DNA of 63,148 nucleotides, the filler included, from Conidiobolus incongruus B7586 (Eukaryota), in NCBI GenBank assembly GCA_000697335.1. It is 31 parts of 31 records of this genome, joined end to end, with 100 filler letters (N's around TTAATTAATTAA, not from the genome) between each part and the next. Parts side by side here need not be neighbours in the genome. Positions count along the whole stretch, not along the records: positions 40,230 to 45,328 come from JNEM01005478.1; positions 45,429 to 46,565 come from JNEM01005479.1; positions 46,666 to 47,835 come from JNEM01005481.1; positions 47,936 to 49,466 come from JNEM01005482.1; positions 49,567 to 51,309 come from JNEM01005485.1; positions 51,410 to 53,259 come from JNEM01005488.1; positions 53,360 to 54,624 come from JNEM01005492.1; positions 54,725 to 55,935 come from JNEM01005502.1; 23 more parts are not named here. The stretch is one strand, 5' to 3'. Shown one piece after another: positions 41,692-56,035 of this stretch. The first letter of the stretch is position 1, and every line of letters starts with the position of its first letter. A program made the translations under genes and the position numbers. The notes beneath the pieces are model-generated. The model was not told the DNA's origin. It searched no databases and was given only the letters and a program-made list of their open reading frames with translations.

Positions 41692-43876
41692 TTACTCATT
41701 AGAATACAACTTAGCCCTTTTGTTATGCTTAGACAAGAGGATACTTAGATCTCTTAGTACAAAAGCACAGATGACGCAGTTGAAAAATCCAGTGACAGTA
41801 TTGAGTCTGGTTAAAACTTGGCTATTTAAACTATCCAAAGTTACTTTACTTTGATAATGAACATACCATTGTTCCAGAAACTGTGAACTTTTAAAGAGTT
41901 TGCTCACATTATTAATATAAAGAGATGTAACGTGCGATTGGTTAGTCTTGAGCTGCAATAACTGCATTTTCATCGATTTTGTAAGTTTGTTTCCAAAAGA
42001 AAGTAATGCTGAACTTGAAGATGGGCGTTTCAGTGGCTGAATGAAGGGTAGTTTCTTGGCCAATCCATTTTGAACACTTGTTAAAACGTGATCAAATCCT
42101 TCAAGCTCTCTCAGTACTTTGTACGGATCTTTAAAATTAATATTTTGAAATTTTTCCAAACAACTAGTAATTATTTCACAACTACTCGTTTTCATCTCAA
42201 TGGCTGGAATTTTGATACTATCTTGGTACCATAAATGTTTGGGAATAAAAAGTTTCTTGGTAATATAACCTCCGCTAATCATAGAAGTTTCCAAATTGCG
42301 CATTAGCCAAAAGACTCTTAATTCGGAAGATTGGGGGGGAGGGATGAATGTGACGGAGTTAACAGAGCTTTCATAAAAGAACCTTTGTATGGCGGATAAG
42401 CTAGGTCTTTTAGATGCAGGTGCAGCTTCAGGTGTGTCATGGTATTCAAGTGTTTGTGAGGTAGGAAGAAGGAAAGAACTTGGACGGGGGATGTTTGGGA
42501 TGGAGAGTTGCCTGGTGTGGATCATGGTTGGGGAAGCAGAGCTCGAAGATCCTTCATATATAGTATTCATTACATTAGTTAAAGATGGAGAGTAGGGTGA
42601 GCTGGTTAAATTAGAGTATGCATCATTTGGGGTAATGATCGTAGAATGGCGCTGGTTAGGAAGCGTTTTTGGGTGAATGGAGTGGCTTTTGGAAACATAA
42701 ACATTTGGGGCTGGGGGAGATGATTCTGATTCTGGAACGATTTGACCTTTAGGCTGATAAGATTGTTTTGGAGCGGAGCCTGGTATAAAGTGGTTAATAT
42801 TAGGAATAACTGGCACTGATTGGTGCTTTTGAGCGATGGACAGCCGTTTAGAAGAATTAATTTGTTTGACTGGATTATCGAGTATAAAGCTATCATTTTC
42901 GTCTTCTTCTGTGAGTTTTGGCAAAGAGAGGGCAGCAGGATCATCTAGTTGGTCAAAAGAAGTTTCCTCTGGATTTGATAATGGATCGCTCTTATACGAT
43001 TTATTAAAGTTGGTGGTTATTTTAAGGCCATGAAAAATTGATGGATTAGATTGATTTAAACTTGGTGTTTGGTCATTCCAAATAGATAGAGTATCTATGA
43101 AAAATCAATATTATTGAAAGTGTAAATTTTGGACAAAACTTACTGGAATCAGTTAAAGTATTATCTGACTGATTATTATTATAGGCATCGGTGTCACTAA
43201 GAGATAAAGGAGGAAGATACTCAGGTTCATATTGGTCAAAATTGTTGTTGTCCATATCCACAGTTCTTGTTGTCGGTGAATTAGGATTGTCGGTATTTAA
43301 ATTAGAATAGCTTGAGTTAAGTAAAAGACTGGTAGAATCCGAAATTGAATCGTATCCACTTAGTGTAGATTCCTCTACCATGTTTATGTCGTGACTAGGG
43401 TTTAAAAAACTAAGCTCAGGAGTCGCATTTAGATAACTCGTTAACAAGGTCACTCTTTCAAGATATGCTTGCTTCTAAATAGAATGTATAAGTAAAGTGA
43501 AATTATAGGCGCATAATATAAAACTTACAATATCAATTAGGCGATTCCTAGTTGGATTATTAACTTTGGGGTCAGCTTGTGTATTATCATTTAAAACTTC
43601 TTCAATTAGGTCTAATGCTTCTTGATAAGCAGATAATGCAGTAATAAAATCATTTTCATTATCTAGCTCAACAGCAAGCTGCGCTTTTTGTAGAGCATTG
43701 AATAAGAGTGCTTGAGAATGGGATATTGTAGAGCTTTGGATTGTACTTGAGGCGTAATTGGTATTATTGTTATTATTAGTATTATTACTTGTGGTATTAG
43801 TACTAGGACTTCGATAATGCATCGTATCACGAGGCTGTGGAGAAATATGACTGGGTATTATGCTTGTAGTAATCAT
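41692..43876 (-). CDS. MIT-domain protein with conserved fungal C-terminal domain, 693 aa; exons 43876-43529, 43474-43144 and 43094-41692
   Basis: MIT helices ALQKAQLAVELDNENDFITALSAYQEALDLI...RLIDI|KQAYLERV. Introns of 54 bp (43475-43528) and 49 bp (43095-43143) are GTAAGT...TAG and join the three ORF-track segments in frame. The C-terminal block FWLMR...GGYITKKLFIPKHLW is typical of fungal MIT proteins. Confidence 0.9.
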
Positions 43877-46665
43877 TGGAGTTTTGTTGTTTAGGGTGTA
43901 TTAAGTTGAATAAATTACAGACAAGGGTTAGAATATTGTTTAGCTGTTTTTTTTAAAAAAATACTATATACAATAGAGTGAAAAGGTGAGTTGTTTAAAA
44001 TATAGTTAGAAAACGAGTATTGAATAATATAAGTATTGTCAATAAACAAGTAAATAATAGAATATTAATTAATTAATTAATTATAAAATATTCAAATCGT
44101 ATTTACAAAAGGGTTGAATAAAAAAACAGTGTTTTATATTTGTTATTCAATTTAATAAATGAATTATGCAAGTAGTTTAGCAATTGGTCATAGTTTGGCT
44201 AATTTGCCTTGGTGTTTAAGTGTCAGAATAGATATCAAACTGGAAATGGCGGAGATAATTGATAGAATAATGGGAATGGAATTGAGGGAATAATTTGAAA
44301 GTGGGGAAATGAGCATCTGTTAATTGACCAAATTGTTTTGTATTGGTTTGGGTTTAACTAATTTAGTTTTAAATTAAATTCATTTTGTTTGAACAGTCAT
44401 TACTTGGGGTGTGATTGAAATCTTCATTTTGATTGGTTAGTTTCCTAAATATCCTCATTAGATATTTTTAGTATTTAAGTTTTTGAATATATTCGATTGT
44501 TATATCTAACCAAACCAGTTATTTCATCGTAATCAATCATATTATATTTTAATAACAACATTCATTGTTAAAGACGTAATGAAAATTATATAGTGGATTG
44601 TAATTTGCTATTCGAACCTTGAAAATATTGGTTTTTTATTTGATTGGTTCAGAATACAAACCAAACATTAAAGCCATAAATAATATAATTAAAAAAAGAT
44701 TGGTTGGAAAAAATTTGATTTATCTTCGATTTTCCCTTTTGACAGATCATATATTAAAATCGAAATTACATGCGGTATTAAACCGTTATTTTTCATTTGA
44801 GTAACAAGATGAAAATTGAAAAATAATGTAATTTGCTAAATTGAATACTGAATTTAACAGATTATGTTGAGTATTATATATACTGTAAGTTATTATAAAT
44901 TCTGTATATTTTTATTTATTTAAAGAAAGTATTTACCTTCCAATCATTGTAAATCAATAACTTTTCAAGAGTAAGGTAAGATCATAAAAGGAAATTTATG
45001 ATAATTTGCCATTTTTGAACCAATTTGTTTAAAACTAAAAATTACAAAATATTAAAAAAAATATAATATTATTATTTTATAAAGTGTTCATAAGATAAAG
45101 TTAATAAATATTTCTATTATATATTTATATTTTGATTTAGTAAATAAATTCATTGTTAATTTAATGATAAAATAATAAATATGATATATAAAGTTTTATT
45201 TAATTATATAATTTATTATTATTTATATATTATTTAAAAATTAACTTTAAATTATTATATCAATATTTTTAAATTAATTGACAGATTAAAAATATTATTT
45301 ATAAAATTATAAAATAATAATTATAGTTNNNNNNNNNNNNNNNNNNNNNNNNNNNNNNNNNNNNNNNNNNNNTTAATTAATTAANNNNNNNNNNNNNNNN
45401 NNNNNNNNNNNNNNNNNNNNNNNNNNNNATATGAAAAATATATTATATTATTGAATTAACCAAAATTGCTTTTTTAAATCTTAAATTATCAATATATATT
45501 ATTTTAAACTTTGTAAATATTATTATTTAAAAAAATATAAATAATTTTAATTATCTTTTCTCTAATTAAATTCAATAATTTTAAATTATAATATTTTTTT
45601 GAATTTATAAATAAAATAAATATATTTTAATTTTTCCAATAATTTTTATTAATATTCTATATCAAATCAAATAGAGTATTTATAGTAATATTTTAGTTTT
45701 TGTTTAAAATAATTTTATCAACATTATTAACTATCTTAATATTATTCAATAATAACTTATTATTTATATAATAGTCCAAAACTTATTATCAAATCTCTTT
45801 ATCATCAATATGCCAAATGGATAAATTGGATTTAAATATAACATATTTAAAATATATTTCAGAATATTTGATATACTAGCTTATTATTAAAATATAAAAT
45901 AAATATATTACTACTTTGTAATATAATATTATTATAATTGAGTTTTTATAATGTAATTATTATTGATATTGATTATATTTATTACAAATCCATAACTATT
46001 CTTGGAATTCCCATAAATCATATTATAACTAATTTTTTTATAAATGGTTAAACTTTATAGCCCTCCGCAATAGTGGACTTTGGTGTAGCTAGTTTATAAT
46101 AGCCTTTTTTGGCTTGGCTTCCCTTACATTCTGATTTTACTTAATTTATCTAATAAATCTGGTTATTATTTATTATAATATATTATTTTCAGATATAATA
46201 TATATTAAAATTAAATATATAATTGATAATAATAAATAAAGGTATATTTTGACAATAATAATAATATTATATCATATAATAAAATATTATTAATAATTTT
46301 TAAAAATTTAGTGAATTTTTAATAATTTTATATTTTTTAATTTTTTCAACTAAATATTATAATAAAAATTTTTAAAATTTAATAAATATTTAAAACTTTA
46401 TGATTTTTTATAAATTATATATAGTTAGAAGTTTTTATCAAAAATATATAATTAGTTTTTTATAATATACTAGTAAAAACTTTATAATTTAAATATTAAC
46501 AGATTTTCTATATATTTTTAAATTGATTGAATTATATTTGGTTTTATCAATAAATAATATGATTGNNNNNNNNNNNNNNNNNNNNNNNNNNNNNNNNNNN
46601 NNNNNNNNNTTAATTAATTAANNNNNNNNNNNNNNNNNNNNNNNNNNNNNNNNNNNNNNNNNNNN

Positions 46666-47241
46666 TATACTAAAGTATTTTAAATATTAAATTAAAAACA
46701 ATTATTAAAAAGTATAAGTTAAATAATTCTAATATTATTTTTTAGTAAGATAATGTTTTTTATTATATTATAGGTTTTATTACCAAATGATTTAAAAATA
46801 AAAAGATAATAATAATAAAATAACTTTTTTATTTTTTTATTTTTAACTTATTAAATATTTTTAGAATTAGTTAAAAAATGTTATTAAAGTTTTTCCTTTA
46901 ATAAAAAACTATAATTAGATTTAAAAATGTATTCAAGAACTATAAAACAAGATTAGCCTTTTTTAATATAAAAGATTAATTGATTCAAAATCTTTTAAAG
47001 TTAAAAAAGCTAGAAAGTTAAAGATAGATATATTAAGTTTTAATTTTTTTCATCACTAAAAACCTATAAATTTATAACTCATATTAGATAAAATTTCAGG
47101 ATTAATATTTTAACCAATAAATAACTAAATATCATCATTTTATAATTTATTTATTTAATTTAAGTTTATTTCATTTAATATTAATTAAGTTATTAATAAT
47201 AATATAAATATTATTTTATAACTTATTTTTACAAGTTAATA
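46666..47241 (+). mobile_element. Tc1 3' half with right TIR
   Basis: TAG TAA GAT AAT (QQDN relic). Ends ttttataacttatttttacaagttaata. Confidence 0.82.
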
Positions 47242-47309
47242 TATTTTAAAAAATACAAAAAAAATACTTTATAAATATTATGATATTTTAACTTCAAATA
47301 TCATAATAG

Positions 47310-47835
47310 GCTTATTATAATTTAAAAATATATATTTTCCTTTAATGTAAAATATTTATATAAAGTTAATAAAAGAATTATTATTAAAATATATTAAAAC
47401 ATTTTAGAAAACAAATTAAATAAAACTATAGAATAGTTTAAGTTAAATAAATTAGATATTATTTTTTTACAAAGAAAATACATTTTGTTATATTATTATT
47501 TCAATTATTATATGATTTAAAAATAATAAAATAATAGTTATGAAGTAGCTATTTTAATGCCTTAACCTTAATCTATTTAAATAAATATAGAATTAATTAA
47601 ATAAATTAAAGCTTTCCTATTAACAAAAAATTTAAATAAATTTTAAAAATATATTTAAGAAACTTAAAATTAAATTAATTATTGTTAATATAAGAAATTA
47701 ATTGACTTTAAATACTATAACCTTAAAAAAGTTAAAAAAGCAAAAGATAGATATATTAAGTTTTAATTTTCTTTTTATAACCAAAATACACAGGTTTATG
47801 ACTTATTTTAAGTAATTTAGATTTTAATATATTAA
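47310..47835 (+). mobile_element. Tc1 3' fragment
   Basis: A second colinear catalytic-domain relic that ends at the inner DR caggtttatgacttattt. Confidence 0.78.
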
Positions 47836-47935
47836 NNNNNNNNNNNNNNNNNNNNNNNNNNNNNNNNNNNNNNNNNNNNTTAATTAATTAANNNNNNNNN
47901 NNNNNNNNNNNNNNNNNNNNNNNNNNNNNNNNNNN

Positions 47936-49370
47936 TTATTTATATTAACTTTTAGTTAATATATTAAAATTTCAATTTTATTTAAAATAAGTTATAAATT
48001 TATATATTTTGGTTATAGAAAGAAAATTAAAACAGTATATTTATCTTTTGCTTTTTTAACTTCCTTAAGTTTATAGGGTATAGAGTTAATTAATTTTTTA
48101 TATCAAAAAGGATTAATTTTGTTTTAAGTTTCTTAAATATATTCCTAAAGCTTATTTAAATTTTTTGCTAATAGGAAAGCTTTAATTACTTTTTTTAACT
48201 AATTATAAAGGTGTTCAATTAGATTAAGGTTAAAGGATTAAGGAAGCTACTTAATAACTGTTATTTTATTATTTTTAAACTATTTTGTAGTAGAAATAAT
48301 AAAATAGCAAAGGGTATTATCTTGTTGGAAAATAACATCTAATTTATTTAACCTATATTGTTCAATAGTTTTTTTTAATTAATTATTTACAATATTTTAG
48401 TATATCTCAACATTAATTCCCTTATCAACTTTATAAAGATATCTTATACTAGAAGATAATATATATTTTTAAACTATAATTAACTTATTATTATATTTTT
48501 AGGTTGAAATAACATGATAGTCATCAAGTAATTCTTTGTTTTTTCTGAAATATCTAGCTTTTTTATTAAATCTACTAAAAAACATTGTTGTTTTATTAAA
48601 TTAAATAACTTTACTCTAATTAGTTTTAGTTTAATTTTAATGATGATATTTAAATTTTTACCTAACTTTACAATGGGACTTTTTTAGTTAAGGGTGTTTT
48701 TTCTTAAAGTGTAAATAATATCTATTATAAAATAAAACATATATAATAGTATTAATACTAACTAATATTCTTATATAATCTTGTAATTCTTTTTATACTT
48801 CTATAGTAATATTATACTTACTTATATTAATTAACCTATAAATTTACTTTTTATCATATTTATCTATAATCTTAATATACTTAAGTTTAAGTTTAGATAT
48901 ATCTTTATCATAACTTTTAATAGCTTTAACTATAATAGATTAGTTAATATTAATAATTCCAGCAATTTTATAAGTTGATTTACCTTTACTATAGAGTTAA
49001 TTAATATACAAGTGAATCTTTTTACAGAGGGATTTAAGTATTTTAATATTAATATTATTTAAAATAGTAATATATAATAATAATATTAGTATATATATAT
49101 ATAATTTAATAAAAAAAGATTTAAGTAATTTTTATTTTATATACCTTTTTAACTTTTAAAACCACAAATTTATGACTCACCCTATTTAAAATTTAAGATT
49201 TAATATATTAACCAATGATATATTAAATATAATTAAATATAACCTTTTATAATCAGGTGATATATTTTAATTATATACTTTAATTTAAATTAATATAATT
49301 AAGAATTATTTAAGTTATAGGTAAATATATAAATGATTTTTATTTTATGACTTACATTTGTAGGCTAGTA
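47936..49370 (-). mobile_element. Degenerate Tc1 copy, divergent subfamily
   Basis: Retains the catalytic Glu (ATT GAA CAC CTT = IEHL, GAA at 48214-48216). TIR ttttatgacttacatttgtaggctagta is followed by TA. Confidence 0.9.
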
Positions 49371-51409
49371 TATATATTAAAGTTTTTTTCTAAATAACAA
49401 ATTATTATTTATGAACAAAATAAACTAACCATTAATATTATAGTTCTTTTTAATTAATTTAAATTANNNNNNNNNNNNNNNNNNNNNNNNNNNNNNNNNN
49501 NNNNNNNNNNTTAATTAATTAANNNNNNNNNNNNNNNNNNNNNNNNNNNNNNNNNNNNNNNNNNNNTTAAATTAATCTAATTAAATTAATAATATATAAG
49601 AGTTACTTATTATATGTTATAAAATTAATTCAAGATATAAAATTAGATATATTAATTAATAAGACCATAGTTATAGTCTTATAATTAGCAAAATTTATAT
49701 ATTATATATGGTATAATTAAATTATTTTATTTTAAAAAAAATTATAAAGAATATTGACCTTAGTTTTAAATTTATATTAAAAAAAATTTATTTTTTTTAA
49801 TTCAATATTTATTTAATATTAAATTTTAAAAATTTGAGTTTCTAAATTTAATAATTAAATCAGAATAAACAAATATTAAAATACTTTCAAATTATTTATT
49901 TTAATATAATGATAATAAATTAAATCAGTTTATAATTTAAATTAATTTTAAATTTTTTAATTTCAAATAAAATTAATATTAATATAATATTAAAATAATG
50001 ATTTAAAATCTAATTTTTAATTGGTATTCAAAATAGACTAAAAATATAATATTATTGATATAATTTTATCTTAAAATAAAATGAAAATTAAATAATGATA
50101 TTTATTATAATTTGAATATTTTAGAATGATTTTAAATATTATAATTTGAATTTCAATTTTATCAGTTTAATATTGCTAAATTAATAAGTTTTATAATTTT
50201 TAAATTTTAACCAATCCTAATCACCTAAATTTCATTTTTTATTATCATTATTTAATTAATATAAAATTAAATCATTAGTTTAGTTTTTCTTAACTAATTA
50301 AACTCTCATAATAAGATTATTATTTTTTTTATTTTATTTTTGAATTAAATATAAAAAGAATATAAAAATAATTAAAAATTAGCTAAAATTACTATTAATT
50401 TCAAAAATATATAATAGCTTGAATAATCCTGTTAATATAACCAAGCCCCCCAAAATTCTATATAGAATAGCTAAGTTCAAAAATCTTTAATATAAGCCTA
50501 ATATTGAAGAATATCCCAGACAATATTATAATTCTTTTAAAGTAAAACCATTCTCAAGAGAATTATTTAAATGGGGGTTAAAAAAGCTAGACTTCATTAA
50601 ATATTAGTTAAAAAATAAAATATTTAGATTTAAGGCTGAGGAAACTTTTCAAAAATTTTATATCCCTATTTATAAAAATAAATATCAAAATTACAAAAAA
50701 TATAAGAATTATAAATTTTTTTAATTAATATTTATAATATTAACTAACTTAAAAAATATTTAAGAAAGTTCTTATTTTATAATATTATTTAAGATAACGC
50801 AAAAATTTTTAAATTATTGATATAAAATAATTATCAAGTTGATATAGTAAATTTATAAATATATTATCTAATATATATTATAATAAAAAATTTTTATTAG
50901 AATTTTTATTTATTTTAACTTTACTTATTCAAAGTAATAATATTGCTAGTATTTTATAATTATATAATAATAATAATAATTAATTTTATATTTTTAATAT
51001 AATTTTAACTTATTTTTGATAGATATTGAAATTTGATTTAATATTAATATCCCTTTATTTGCTTTAACTTAGTTTTTAATTAAATATACAAAAAGGGAAC
51101 TTATGAAATATAAGGTTTAGCTAATAATAAGTAAAGAAGATTTAAATCAGTTAGAAATATATTATAAAGTGCTAGAAATAATAGAATACTTTTATAAAAA
51201 TTTATATTTAAGAATAATTTATAATCAAAGTTAAAATCCTCAATAAACCAAATTAAAAGTTATATAAGGGACTTTAAAGTTTAAATAATTTTATTTATTA
51301 TTTATATTTNNNNNNNNNNNNNNNNNNNNNNNNNNNNNNNNNNNNNNNNNNNNTTAATTAATTAANNNNNNNNNNNNNNNNNNNNNNNNNNNNNNNNNNN
51401 NNNNNNNNN

Positions 51410-51645
51410 TTTAACTTTATAATAGGTTTTTTCAATTAAAGGTATTTTTTAAAAATATAAATGATATTTATATTAATATAAAATATATATAATAATATTA
51501 ATAATAACTGATAATCTTATATAGTTTTATAATTCTTATTGTATTTTTATAATAATATTATATTTACTTGTATTAACCAACTTATAAATATATTTCTTTT
51601 TATAATTATTGATAGTTTTAATATATTTAAGTTTAAGTTTAAATA
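51410..51645 (-). mobile_element. Tc1 fragment
   Basis: Reverse-complement match to the N-terminal transposase region. Confidence 0.65.
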
Positions 51646-51795
51646 TATAAATATAATAATAAAAAGGTTATTGATATAATATAAAAAAAATATAAAATTA
51701 ATATAATATAAAATATAATAATATATTATAAAATATAGTATGTAAATATAAACAAAGTTTAATTAAACTTCAAATTAAAATAAATTACTAATATA

Positions 51796-53259
51796 TACTA
51801 ACCTACAAAAATAAATCATAAAACCAAAAAGATATATATTTTAATTAATAACTAAAATAATTATATAAATTAGATTACTTAAAACTATAATATTATAATT
51901 AAAGTATATTATTTAATAATAAATAACTATAATTAGATATATTTAGTAAACTATTAACAAAAATATTAACCCTTAATATTTAACTAAAGTGAGTTATAAA
52001 TTTACAGGTTTTTAAGATAAAAGGATATATTTAATAATATATAATAATATCTTTTTTCTTTCTTTATTATTATTTTATATCATATTTTATAGATATATTA
52101 AATTCTTTTATTAAAATTTTTTATTTAAATCCTTTTTTAAAAAAATCTACTTATATATGAATTAACTTTATAAAAAAGATAAATCAACTTATAATATTAC
52201 TAGAATTACTAGTGTTAATTAATTTATTATAATTAAAGCTATTAAGAATAATAATAAAGAAATATTTAAACTTAAACTTAAGTGTGTTAAAATTATAAAT
52301 AAACATGATAAGAAGTATATTTATAGGTTAGTTAATACAAACAAGTATAGTACTACTATAGAAATATAATAAGAATTATAAAACTATACAAGAGTATTAG
52401 TTAACACTAATACTATTATATATGTTTTATATTAACATGGATACTATTTATACCTTAAGAAAAAACACCCCAATTAAAAAAATCCTATTATAAAGTTAAG
52501 TGGGAGTTTAAATGTCATTATTAATATTAAACCAAAACTAATTAAAATAAGGTTATTTAATTTAATCAAATAAAAATATACCTTAGTAAATCTAATAAAA
52601 AAGTTAAATGCTTCAGAAAAGATATAAAACTATTTTATAACTATTATGTTAATTTTATTTAAAAATATAATAATAGGTTAATTATTGTTTAAGGATATAT
52701 ATTATCTTTAAATATAAAGTATCTTTGTAAAATTATTAGGGGAATTAATATTAAGATATATTAAAGTATTTTAAACAATAAATTGAAAAAAACTATTAAA
52801 TAATATAGGTTAAATAAATTTAATGTTATTTTCTAGTAAGATAATGCTTTTTGTTATATTATAGCTTTTATTACCAAATAGCTTAAAAATAATAAGATAA
52901 TAGTTATAAAGTAGCTTCTTTAATCTTTTATTTTTAATTTAATTAAACATTTTTAAGATCAATTAAAAAAAGCTATTAAAGTTTTCCCTTTAGCACAAGA
53001 TTTAGATTAATTTTAAAAATATATTCAAGAAGCATAAAACTAAATTAACCTTTTTTAATATAAAAAGTTAATTGATTTTATACCCTATAAACTTGAAGTA
53101 ATTAAAAAAGTTAAAGGTAAATATATTAAATTTTAATTTTTTTTATTATTAAAACTTAAAAATTTATAACTTATCTTAAGTTAAATTTAAAAGTTTATAT
53201 TTTAACCAATTAATAGATAAATATCATCATTTAATAATATATATAATTAACAAATATAA
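51796..53259 (+). mobile_element. Tc1 subfamily 1 copy showing DD34E spacing
   Basis: TTC TAG TAA GAT AAT GCT (FQQDNA). D at 52840 and mutated E at 52945 have 34 codons between them. Confidence 0.92.
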
Positions 53260-54724
53260 NNNNNNNNNNNNNNNNNNNNNNNNNNNNNNNNNNNNNNNNN
53301 NNNTTAATTAATTAANNNNNNNNNNNNNNNNNNNNNNNNNNNNNNNNNNNNNNNNNNNNTTTATATTATTTTTATTATTTTATTCATCAACAGAATTTTC
53401 AACTTTATAATATTTAATACCAATATTTTTAATTTTATTTTATTCAAATTATAATAAAATTAGTTATAAATATTATTTTTTGATATTTTTTTTAAATATA
53501 AAAACAAAATTTCAAATTTTTTGGTATTTTCATTTAAATCCTTTGATTAATTTTATATTTTAAATAAATACACTAATATCTTCAATTTTTTTTAATATTA
53601 AATATTTTCAACCATTATTCTTAAATAATCTATATAATTCCTTTATTAGCCAATTTTAATAAATTATTCAATATTATTATTAATTAGTATTTTTATAGAA
53701 CTATACTCTGATAAATATTAATATATATTATTTTTAATATTCAATTATTATAATATTTATATATATTAATTTTTATTAAATATCCTATAAATAATTTTAT
53801 TTTATATAAAAAGTAATTATCATAGTTAATTAAATCATTCATGATTATTTGATAGTTTATAAAAAAATATTGAAAAAATTTATAATCATAGGAATACTCA
53901 TTAATTTTAGGATAGAATTTGAGTTTTATAACCACTCTATATATATTCGCTCAATACATAGAATAATGGTATTGGATTTATTAATATGAAGAATTTCAAT
54001 AATATCTATAAAATACCAACATTGGTTGAATTCATCTATAAAAGGATGCCTCAGTATATTGGATTTATATATTTTTGATCTCGGATATTAAAATATATAT
54101 TGACAAAATTTCATAAATGTTCATCTAGGAGTAATTATTTAAATAATAGATTTGGGACTCTTTTAATATTAACTCATTTGGAGACTTATGAAATCCAAAA
54201 TTAATGTCATACAAGTTTGCGCAAAGTCTTAAGTATATAAATCAATACCTTTTACGGATATTTTTTAAATAAAATTAACACTTAAAATAGGCTTTGCTAC
54301 CTATAGTCTTTTGTTCATATAATATTTCTTATTGGAAAAATCAACTTTATATTGAAGTTTATACTTGATCATTAGTTCAAAGTGGTTATTACAGTTAAAT
54401 ACCCATAAGCATTTAATATAATTATTGTATTTGATATTTTTTTCACTCTTTATAAATATGGGATTAATATTGAATATAAAATATATTGAAAATTAGAAAT
54501 AAACTATGTATACATAATCAAATTTTAATAATTTTAATTAATTTTGTTAGTTTACTAAATTAAATTCATGTAAGTTATCATTGATAATAATTTGTGATAA
54601 TTAATTATTAAAATAAAAAAATTANNNNNNNNNNNNNNNNNNNNNNNNNNNNNNNNNNNNNNNNNNNNTTAATTAATTAANNNNNNNNNNNNNNNNNNNN
54701 NNNNNNNNNNNNNNNNNNNNNNNN

Positions 54725-55935
54725 TTATTTAATTTATTAAAATATATTTTTATTTTATTAAACTAAATAATTCTATTTTAATTAATTTTAATTTAATACA
54801 CTAATTTATAAATATAAGTTATAAAATTAAAATATATATATTTTAATTAGTAAGTAAAACAATTATATATTAGATTATTTAAAACTATAATATATAATTA
54901 AAGTATAATATTTAATAATAAATAAATATATTTAAATATATTTATTAAACTATTAGTAAAAAAATTAACCTTTAATATTTAATTAAAATAAACAATAAAT
55001 TTGTGGGGTTTTAAGATAAAATGATATATTTAATAATATATAACTATATTTTTTTTCTTTTTTTGCTATTATTTTATATAATATTTTAAAGATATATTGA
55101 ATTTTTTTTAATATTATTATACTTAAATCTCTATCTAAAAAAATCTATTTATATATTAATTAACTTTATAAAAATAATAAATTAACTTATAATATTACTA
55201 GAATTACTAATGTTAGCTAGTTTACTATAATTAGGATTATTAAGAATAATACACTAACTTGCAAAAGTGAGTCATAAAATCAAAAATACCTATATTTTTA
55301 CTAATAACTTGATTAATATTTAATGAAATAAACCTAAATTAAATAATTAAAATTATAAATATTTATTGATAAAATAAATCATTAAATTATAATATTTAAT
55401 TATTAATTAATTAAAATATCAACCCTTAAATTTTATTTAAAATAGGTTATAAATTTATAGATTATTAATATTAAAAAAATTAATACTTATAATATTTATC
55501 TTTAGCTTATTTGATTTCTTTAAGTTTATAGAATAAAGAATCAAATAACTTTTTATATTAAAAAAATTAATTTTGTTTTATATTTCTTAAATATATTTTT
55601 AAAATTAATAAAAATTTTTTATTGGGTGAAAATCTTAATAGCTTTTTTTAACTAATTCTAAAGATATTTAATTAAGTTAAGGTTAAAAAATTAAAAAAAT
55701 TATTTTATAACTATTATCTTGTTATTCTTAAGTTATTTAATAATATAAGTTATAATATAATAATAAATGTTATCTTATTAAAAAATAATTTTGGATCTGT
55801 TCATCCTATATTATTTTATAGTTTTTTTTTATTTTTTATTTAAAATATAATATTATATTTGAATAATAATTCCCTTATTATTTTTATATAGATATTTTAT
55901 TTCTAAAAATTATATATATTTTATAAATAATAATT
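54725..55935. mobile_element. Three nested Tc1 pieces: host (-) 54725-54798, insert (+) 54799-55251, insert (-) 55252-55935
   Basis: TA-cactaatttataaatataagttataaaatt starts at 54799 and TA-cactaacttgcaaaagtgagtcataaaatcaaaaat starts at 55252. Confidence 0.82.
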
Positions 55936-56035
55936 NNNNNNNNNNNNNNNNNNNNNNNNNNNNNNNNNNNNNNNNNNNNTTAATTAATTAANNNNNNNNN
56001 NNNNNNNNNNNNNNNNNNNNNNNNNNNNNNNNNNN

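Noticed and set aside
42389..43033. ORFs 42389-42595, 42606-42944 and 42836-43033
   Set aside because: They overlap exon 3 of the MIT gene in other frames and have no independent evidence.
53940..54480. Slightly GC-richer stretch with minus-strand ILRHPF, reminiscent of a kinase C-terminus
   Set aside because: No HRD, DFG or APE motifs could be recovered, so it is too weak to call a pseudogene.
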